DNA from: Balanoglossus misakiensis
Taxonomy: Eukaryota > Animalia > Hemichordata
DNA length: 64,000 nt
Assembly: GCA_040954595.2 (NCBI GenBank)
Contig: CM082591.2
Coordinates: 5,363,009 to 5,427,008 of the forward strand
Direction: 5' to 3'
The notes under the pieces were generated by a model. The model ran no database searches and was not told where the DNA came from. It saw only the letters and a list, made by a program, of their open reading frames with translations. Both the position numbers and the translations under genes were made by a program. Positions 62,593 to 64,000 of the stretch are shown here, piece by piece. Position 1 is the first letter of the stretch, and each line of letters opens with the position of its first letter.

Positions 62593-63045
62593 TACTGTAA
62601 AACGGATTATTTTTGCGAGCAATTAATTTCCGCGAAATACACGAGACCTAAAAAAAACGTTAAAATAAAAAGTCGCGTAAAAGAATTTTTCGGAGATAAC
62701 GATGCAGTGAAATCGAGAACACGAAAACTAATCCTCGCATAACAGTTGCCACTTTTGATATCGCGAACATTTCCTGTCGTGAAAATAACCTGTTTTACAG
62801 TAGGTACCTGACTTGAGTCGAAAAGCCCTTTGCTGTCACGGCTGAACTGCTCTGAAAATCAATTGCAGATTGGTGTACTGTGACCAGAAATAGAACCATG
62901 TGCATTGAATGACCACTGTCTTTGTGGTGTGGTTGCAAAGATATTGTGTAAACCCATTTCACGCGACTTTTTATTTTCACGTTTTTCTAGCTCTCGCGTA
63001 TTTCGCAGAAATTTATCGCTCGGGAAAATAACCCGTTTTACAGTA
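62593..63045. mobile_element. TA/CTGTAAAAC-terminal MITE (62593-62802) plus an inverted partial second copy (about 62955-63045)
   Basis: TACTGTAAAACGGATTATTTT...AAAATAACCTGTTTTACAGTA. The segment ending CCCGTTTTACAGTA at 63045 is the reverse complement of 62593-62685. Confidence 0.7.
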
Positions 63046-64000
63046 TATGTAGATTGTATGTCCACACGCTGAACTGACGGGTATATTATTTCATTGAGAA
63101 ATACAAACACAGGACACAATGCCCCCACTTAAAAGTAGCTACTCTCTCCCTTTCTGAGTGCAAATAATGGCACATCTGCACACTTCAGAAGCTTGGCCAT
63201 GAAAACATTCAAATGGGGAGTTAATCTGCACCAAGGTCACTTTGTGGAATTCAAGTGACTTTTTGACAGCTCCAACTTGACATTGGTCTGCCTTGACAAA
63301 TCGCAGGTGCTTTTCAAGTGGGTGCGTGTGTGTGTACATGTACATGTATGTGAAAAATGACAGTCATGTTTTTGGATGTTCGCGTGGGTCTGCGCAGAAG
63401 AACGACAAAAATGATAATTGTAATTTACCTTAAAAGATTCACAAAGCCAATTTGGAGAAATTCAGGTCTAAATTTTGGACAATTGTAATCAAATCAAGCT
63501 AAATATATCTTAATTCAATCTTCTTCGTCTTAAATTTCTTTAAATACATACAATCATCCAAAAACAGTGGTATTTTTCCTTTCTCAGAACTATGATTGTA
63601 TGAATTTATTTTAGTCAATTGCAATCAAGTTAGAATATTTTTGAATTCATCGTTACTTGTTATAAATTGCTGAAATCCAATTATCCCCCAAAAAGTGTAG
63701 GTTTTCCTCTTCAGAACTATGAAATGTACAATAAATACTTGGAACATTTGGAAACCATAGTCCAGGCAAAGAAACGAACATGTGGACAGACAAGGGGAAT
63801 TTAATAATAGTCTAGGCATATCCCTATCCTGCCATCCACATGGAAATTGAACCCTATTTAATGACGGGTGAAAGGTCCTCCTTTCTAACTACAGGCCACT
63901 GTGTCCCAGATGCTCAGCAGTGACAATTGACGCCTTCACTGTACATGTTGAAAACGCATATAGTCGGGGTTATACCACTCCTAAAAATACTGTCTATAAA

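Overview
AT-rich eukaryotic (metazoan) genomic DNA with GT-AG spliced genes. The domain repertoire (SRCR, WSC, CUB, CCP, C-type lectin, PAN) and the repeat types suggest a marine invertebrate, possibly a non-vertebrate deuterostome; this is inference. I reconstructed eight genes by hand, checking splice sites and phases. (1) A secreted EPN/WND C-type lectin. (2-3) Two tandem paralogous type-I membrane receptors sharing an unusual 4-cysteine SRCR domain: receptor A (SRCR-WSC-CUB-CCP-CCP-TM, acidic Tyr-rich tail) and receptor B (SRCR-CCP-TM, tail with three tandem ITAM-like motifs). (4-5) LIN9 (- strand) head-to-head with an SPT2/SPTY2D1 homolog (+ strand). (6) An intronless heparan sulfate 3-O-sulfotransferase-like gene. 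(7) A secreted PAN/apple-EGF-WSC-C-type lectin gene. (8) An alpha-arrestin (ARRDC-like) gene whose first coding exon was not found in the window. The window also holds a degenerate 28S rRNA fragment joined to a MITE, several MITE families (TTAA-flanked, TA-flanked, and tiny TAG-terminal elements with 9-10 bp target duplications), a 167-bp higher-order tandem repeat and microsatellites. The most notable candidate system is the receptor A/B pair, which looks like a paired immune-receptor arrangement with a CD3-zeta-like triple-ITAM tail. All calls are from reading the sequence; no database searches were run.
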